A DNA stretch of 64,000 nt from Alloascoidea hylecoeti (lineage: Eukaryota): NCBI GenBank assembly GCA_001600815.1, contig BCKZ01000001.1:664613-728612 (forward strand). The letters run 5' to 3'. Below, in pieces: positions 57,959 through 64,000 of this stretch. The notes beneath the pieces are model-generated. The model saw only the letters and a program-made list of their open reading frames with translations, had not been told where the DNA came from and did not search any database. Numbering within the stretch: the first letter of the stretch is position 1; every line of letters starts with the position of its first letter. The translations under genes were made by a program, and so were the position numbers.

Positions 57959-60900
57959 TGCTTTTTATTGAAAGGGCTTAAAAATATTAGTTTCTACGCC
58001 ATGTAAATAAAATACAATAGTCTTGTATCATATCAAACACACAATACAACAGTCCTATCTCCTTATAATTGTCATCATACATTTACACTTATTATTATAT
58101 TTATTATACCTATTGTGTATTCTTTGGATCGCATTTCATTATTGAAAACTCTTCACAATATTCAATACTATTTTTCTCTTTTATCTCTTTATATATAAAT
58201 CTTTCTTTTATTTTATTCATCCGATATTTATTCATTATTAAGATTTGGTTTTTTATTTATTTATTTAAATTGGGGAATATTACGCAGAGTTGATTTGATT
58301 TTTAATGTTTTATTTGTTTTTTCTTTGTTATTTGTTTTCGATTTAATTGCTTTTTTGTTTCATTCGTTCAATCTCCTTTTTTGTAAAAAACATAACTTTA
58401 CTTACTTTACTTTAATTATTTTATTAGTTTTTCTAATTTTTATATATATAGTACTAGTTTTGTTTTATCTTATGGTACAATCTTTCAATGAAGGTTCAAG
58501 AATACTGAAATTATTATTATTATAATTAGACTAAGTTGTAGATTGACATGTACAATTAACCATTTAATTAATTAATTGGATATATTTTAGTTTATTGATG
58601 TTTTTTCCAACGAATATTTGAAATTGTCCCTTAATATTGACCCTTGAACATTAATTTAAGTTGGGGATTAGCAAACCAAAATAATATCTTAATCCTTATT
58701 AAGTTTATGGATCTACAGATAAGGCAATTGCTCATACGTTATTTTCTTTGATGTTCAAATTTAATAATTATATACATATAGGATTAATTGTTGCGCAATT
58801 GCCTATATGTTAGGTGTGTCACTTGTACCCTTCTCCACATATCAGTAGATATGAAACTGAAATACAACAAAAACATATTTTTTGAGTTTTATAAATCTAA
58901 TTCAAATATTAATGTCATGTAATATGGTGCAATGTCTAGATACTCAACAATTATTACCTATTTTAGAAAACACAGTGTTGTTTTCCTAATATAACGTTAA
59001 GTTTGTAATTGAAATGGCGAAACCAGCAATCCGGAATACTTATAATTGTTAATCCTTGAAAATTTTTTTTCATTTAATTGCTTGAAGCATTAATTTCCAT
59101 CTCTCTCACTATATTAAATATAATTATAATTTCATAAAATGTATAAGATTAGTTACGTTATTACACTAACAAATCGGTGTTTTGGCTAGTTTGTTAATTA
59201 ACGTTATAACATTGACGTTTAACGGTTTATGGAGCTATACTAATTAGATAAAGCTACTGACAATTATCCATATATTATGATTATACTTCAAAAATTATAG
59301 GTATATTTCAATCATCAGCGCAACATATTTTAAGCTTATATCTAATTATAGAGTAATGTGATATTTCAATTGCAATTATCGATATCAGTACCATACAACA
59401 TTTGTTTATTTAGTTTGAAATTAACATTACTCCGTATTCCATGAATGCTTGATTTCCTTCGAAAAAGCAATATTAATATTCATTAGAAATAGTTAGCGTT
59501 ATAAGTATAACTTGTCTAAAAAGTATATTATTATTATAGGTTGGAAGTTAAAAATTAATTAAACATATTTGAAATTCCGAAATGTGTGAACTTACCTGAG
59601 AATTTGTAATAGGTATCGAATCTATCGATATCGTCATATAATTAGCAATATAAATCATATCAATTGCAGGAAAAATTTCAAACGCGCTGAATTACATTAT
59701 TTCTAATTATAATCAAGAAACTTTTAAATTATTAACCGCCTTCATATTTATAGATTCTGAAATTTCATTCCCAGTACTTTATTTTTATGTTTTCACCCTA
59801 CCAAATCTGCATAAGTCTTACAATTTAACATAGCATATTGTTCCTGGATTAGACCAAGACCGATTCACCGTACATTAAAAGAAGGATATCGATTGTACCA
59901 CCAATGTCAAAATGTAGGCAACCCAGCTAAGGTTTTACCATTAATTAATTAGAATAGATTAAAATAACGAGAATCTTCGAAATATGGTTATAACTCCCAT
60001 TCTGTTGGAAAACCATTTTATCATTACAGAACCATAGAAACCCAATTCTAATCTGAAAAATATACTTCAATTTAAAAATTTCCCTCTATACATGCATATA
60101 GATTCTATTTAGATTGATGTAGGTTGTATACGCCATCTTTGGTTAATTTAGAACTAAAGGGTCATAAGAATTCAACCATGAAAAAATATATGTTATAAGA
60201 TTATATGGTACTTTAGTTTTCTATACCTATAGGCTACAGTATAAGCTTACACATTGGATCCCAAACATGTGGTACACAACAAGAAACAATTTCAAATTCA
60301 AGTTAACCAATAAACTGTATAAGTGCTAGGCAATATTAATATTACTTATCAATTATAATATTGCAATCGATACAATTTTAAGCTGCATGTATAAATTATT
60401 CTGTGTGTGAATTTTTAAAGCTTTCTTTTTCTTCTCATAATATAATTGTATATGTTCATTATAGCTAATATTGTAGCTGGTTATAATATATCTAAGGCTT
60501 TACTTTCAATTCAGGTCAAATCGTGTCGTGTAGCGCCATATAAAAAGGAAGGAAGAAAGTGCCAAATTTTTTAAACCATTTGATTTGCATAGAAAATGTA
60601 AGATACACATTGATATTGCTGTTTTTGACGTGTGCAGTATTCGACATATTGTGGAGTGTTCAATTATATTATAAAGAATAAAGTATAGATATAAGCCTTA
60701 TCAATATATGATAAACAGATTCCGATTGAATATTCTCGGTTATTAAATAGATTTCTATATATCTACAACTTAGGCACCGATTTCTGACTCAATGACAAAT
60801 TTTCAATTAATGATATATGCAAACGCACTACTTTTTAAATCTATCACAGTTGTTATACTGATTGTAAGCATATGAATTTGTCTTTAGTCAAGAACATTAG

Positions 60901-62403
60901 GATTATCAAACAAAAAAACAACAACACGTATGATTTCAAATCGACTGGTATCTATCCATTTGATTCTATCATCAAAAGTTAAAAGATAAGGAAAACATTC
61001 CGTCTGAGAATAAAACTGGATAGTGACATAATACTTGATAAAGTCACTCAATAAAAACTTGTATATAATCAGAGTGTGTATTATCAGCGGGAAAAAATAT
61101 AAGGCAACTCGTCCCACGGAGCTGATGCAATTTGGCTTGCTTATCATATCACAACCTGGCCAAGGAACCCAATGTATATATTATCTACAAGGGGATCAAA
61201 GTTAAATAAATGAAGGAAGTTTAAAGTCAATCGTAATCGTAAAGGATTTCAGATATGCTTTAACATGTGTTTACATTTAAAGAGGCTGGAAAAAACATGT
61301 ACGCTTAGTAATATAGATCTCGACAGTTTGGAATGAATGCCATACTGTAACCGAAATGGTATGTTAGTTGATTGAATGGGTTTAGTTAAAATATTGAAAT
61401 AGAGAAATTCGTGATCGATTGGGATAATGAGCGGCAATCGGTCGCTAAAGGATATATATAATATTGATATTACATTATGACATTACTGTGAAAAGTCTAA
61501 TCTGAAAAGTTTATGTTCAACTAGCATGATAGATTGACTCTCTCCAGCTTTTCTCCAATTTTTAGAATATTCTGGTAATTCTTCCCCTGCCTTATATTTA
61601 TTGGTGGGCAAAACTCAAATATGCCTACATCTCTAGTATTCTCTACCTAAAGTTTGGGTATTAGACTTGGATTTTAGAGTTGGATGCCGGTTTTGAATTA
61701 GTCCGAGAACCCTTAAAACTTCCAACTACATGGAACAGATAACTTTATATATTAAACGATCAAATGAAAGCATGAAAAGGTTCGTCAGATTAAAGAACAG
61801 CTTCAATAATCTCCAGTGTTCGGGATGAAGTTCCTTAGCTTTTTCTTTTCCAGTATTAAATGAAATAAGCTTAAGGTTAATTAAATATAATTATTGTAAC
61901 CTTCTAGATAGATGATATCTTTTATTGACTTAGATAAGTGTAGGAGATCAATTTCTTTGAAACTGAATTTATTAAGACAAATTAAAGATTTATTTCGTTA
62001 TTTGAATATTAAACCCAAATATATGCGGGTAAACTATAAAAGGTAATCCAAGATTTGACTTTGAGGAATATAGAATACAACAGTTTTTCGAAAGCGAATT
62101 AGAAAATTAGAAACCTATTTGATAATATTTTTATAAATTATTTATAATTACATAAGTAACATAATAGTTTTAATTGGCCATTTATATCAACTTATTATTT
62201 TTTCCATGTGATAGAAATTACTAAGAAACTTTAATAAGCGTTTTTTAGTTCGTTCTACAGATTGAAGCCTAGATATTCCAGAGTATGAAAATAGTTCTTG
62301 ATTTCGAATAAACCTCGCTAAATCCCTAATCAATTTTCGATCTACACTCTAAATAATGTTTAACAAACATGTCTAAGGCGTATGTACCCGTGATAGCCGT
62401 ACA

Positions 62404-64000
62404 TTATTCCATATACATTGATTCTGAATTAAAAATAGTTTCATAAGGATCATGCCTATAAGATTTCCCAATAAACTTATTAATTATTTTAGAAGTATCA
62501 CCGTTTTTAATTTCAACCATTTCCAATTCATGTTCCTTTGTGATTTCCATGGTTTCATTATATTCTTTAAACAATTCTTTATTATCACAGATAGCTTTAA
62601 TTTTATAATTTCCCTTTTCATCAAAATATTCATTGTTTATAACATCATATTTTTTAATTAAATCATCAACTACACGAGAAAGTTGGGTTGGTAAACCACA
62701 ATATTTTGTTGATACCCAAAGTCTTAAATGATTAATGAAATTATAGTGTTTATAGTGTTTATTATCAGTCTCTGGATATTCTTTTTTTAAAATTTGTGAA
62801 TATGAATTTGGTATATATGATTCGGTTCCTTCAAAAAATGTTTTCCTTAACGGTGATAATTGTTGTAAAGTGTAAAAATGATGGTTTTTACAATTATAGT
62901 AATTATTTTCATTTTCATTTTCATTTTCATTCTCTTTTGTTACTTCACCCTTTCCGAAGATTCTTGTAATTAAATTTGAAGGTTTCTGTTCCTCATTAGT
63001 ATCATCATCATCGTTACTTTTCTTTGAATTCTTTTTTGGTTTAGTTTTGTTAATTATTTTCTTATGCTCATCAGGGACTGCGTTTGTTAATGCCAGGCCA
63101 GTGATATCAATATATGATCCAGATAAAGTATCAATAAATCTTGCATCTATTAAATTTCTCCCATTACCACGGGTTCTATGAACATAAGCCTCGCCAACTT
63201 CCAATAAATATCGACCACTTCCTTCTCTTGGATCTTCAATTATTAAGGAATTATTGAAATTTCTTGATAAATAGTCTAAGTGTGTAATTGGCATTTGAAC
63301 ATCAGCATCAGTATCCCAAGGCATTGTCATACCATTCCAATACCATCCTAATAATGAACCATGAGCGATCCAGGTTGAAAGACCCTCATTCATTGTAAAT
63401 TTCAACCATGTTCTTAACATGTGAGATATCATTGCTTTATGATCTCCACGATTGTTTATAATTGTTTTATAAAATCTCCAATCACAATGTGATCCATATT
63501 CATTAAAACCTCTAATATCAACCTCATGAAAATGTTTTGAGTCCCTTAATTGACTTACTCTCTTTATTCTATCGAGAAATTCACGATGGTGTTGTATTTC
63601 AGGGGTTAATTGATTTTCAGGGATTTCATTATATTTTTTGGATTGTTCTTCAATATCATAGATGAAATCTTCATGTTTTAAAATAGTTGTATTAAGATTA
63701 GGTTTATCAAATTCATTATGTGTATTAAATAATGAATCGTCATGATTATTTGTTTCGGAAATAAACTGATCCATTGCTTTTGAAGCTTCATCATAATTAT
63801 AATCATTTGGTTGTGATTGTAAATTTTCATCCATATCATTTGGATATTCACTATCCTTTGACTTGTTTGAAATTTTAACTTTATAATTTTTCTCATTTGT
63901 TACAAATATTAATCGTGATGGAATTTTAGTTTCTTTAAAAGCAAGATATAAATCACCTCTAAAACTTTTCATTTTAGCAATTTCTTTACGATCCCAATTT
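62404..64000 (-). CDS. MNN4: LicD-family mannosylphosphorylation protein (Mnn4/Mnn14-like), 3' part; the start lies beyond the window end
   Basis: KHFHE, HCDWRFY, TWIAHGSLLGWYWNGMTMPWDTDADVQMP, GNGRNLIDARFIDTLSGSYIDITGLA, CKNHHFY..LSPLRKTFFEG. The frame stays open from 63972 to the window end. Confidence 0.85.
   Translation of the reverse strand, partial: NWDRKEIAKMKSFRGDLYLAFKETKIPSRLIFVTNEKNYKVKISNKSKDSEYPNDMDENLQSQPNDYNYDEASKAMDQFISETNNHDDSLFNTHNEFDKPNLNTTILKHEDFIYDIEEQSKKYNEIPENQLTPEIQHHREFLDRIKRVSQLRDSKHFHEVDIRGFNEYGSHCDWRFYKTIINNRGDHKAMISHMLRTWLKFTMNEGLSTWIAHGSLLGWYWNGMTMPWDTDADVQMPITHLDYLSRNFNNSLIIEDPREGSGRYLLEVGEAYVHRTRGNGRNLIDARFIDTLSGSYIDITGLALTNAVPDEHKKIINKTKPKKNSKKSNDDDDTNEEQKPSNLITRIFGKGEVTKENENENENENNYYNCKNHHFYTLQQLSPLRKTFFEGTESYIPNSYSQILKKEYPETDNKHYKHYNFINHLRLWVSTKYCGLPTQLSRVVDDLIKKYDVINNEYFDEKGNYKIKAICDNKELFKEYNETMEITKEHELEMVEIKNGDTSKIINKFIGKSYRHDPYETIFNSESMYME

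Noticed and set aside
58069..58525. Two hydrophobic ORFs resembling membrane proteins
   Set aside because: Products of a T-rich 3' flank with TTG starts; no family motifs.
1..64000. CRISPR arrays, rRNA, intact transposons, telomeric arrays
   Set aside because: None seen: no regularly spaced repeats, rRNA signatures, gag/pol or transposase ORFs.

Overview
AT-rich, intron-rich budding-yeast (Saccharomycotina-like) chromosomal DNA. It uses the standard genetic code (CUG=Leu at conserved sites) and retains the complex I assembly factor NDUFAF7. I reconstructed 22 protein-coding genes (many split by 54-118 nt spliceosomal introns that the ORF track misses) and two tRNA genes (initiator Met; intron-containing Lys-CUU). 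The central and right part is housekeeping DNA whose gene neighbourhoods recall S. cerevisiae (GPI19-PPZ-TRM9-GPI17-TAF11-DOT1; TPA1-ISD11-APQ12-SAP1-GIP2). The best candidate for an undescribed system is at the left end. It is a compact three-gene cluster of a Zn2Cys6 regulator, a GC-rich DUF1445 (YcsI / D-glutamate-cyclase-like) enzyme and an ATP-dependent 5-oxoprolinase. The two enzyme genes share a 290-bp bidirectional promoter carrying a CGG-N10-CCG site, suggesting a eukaryotic D-glutamate/pyroglutamate utilisation regulon. Other notable items: a ~320-bp fold-back with an 83-bp perfect stem downstream of CDC15, a divergent Sch9-like kinase, a repeat-built acidic insertion in GPI17, a recurrent promoter motif GTTACCCTAC and a 7.4-kb ATGCAT-rich gene desert. 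All calls are from manual reading; no database searches were run.
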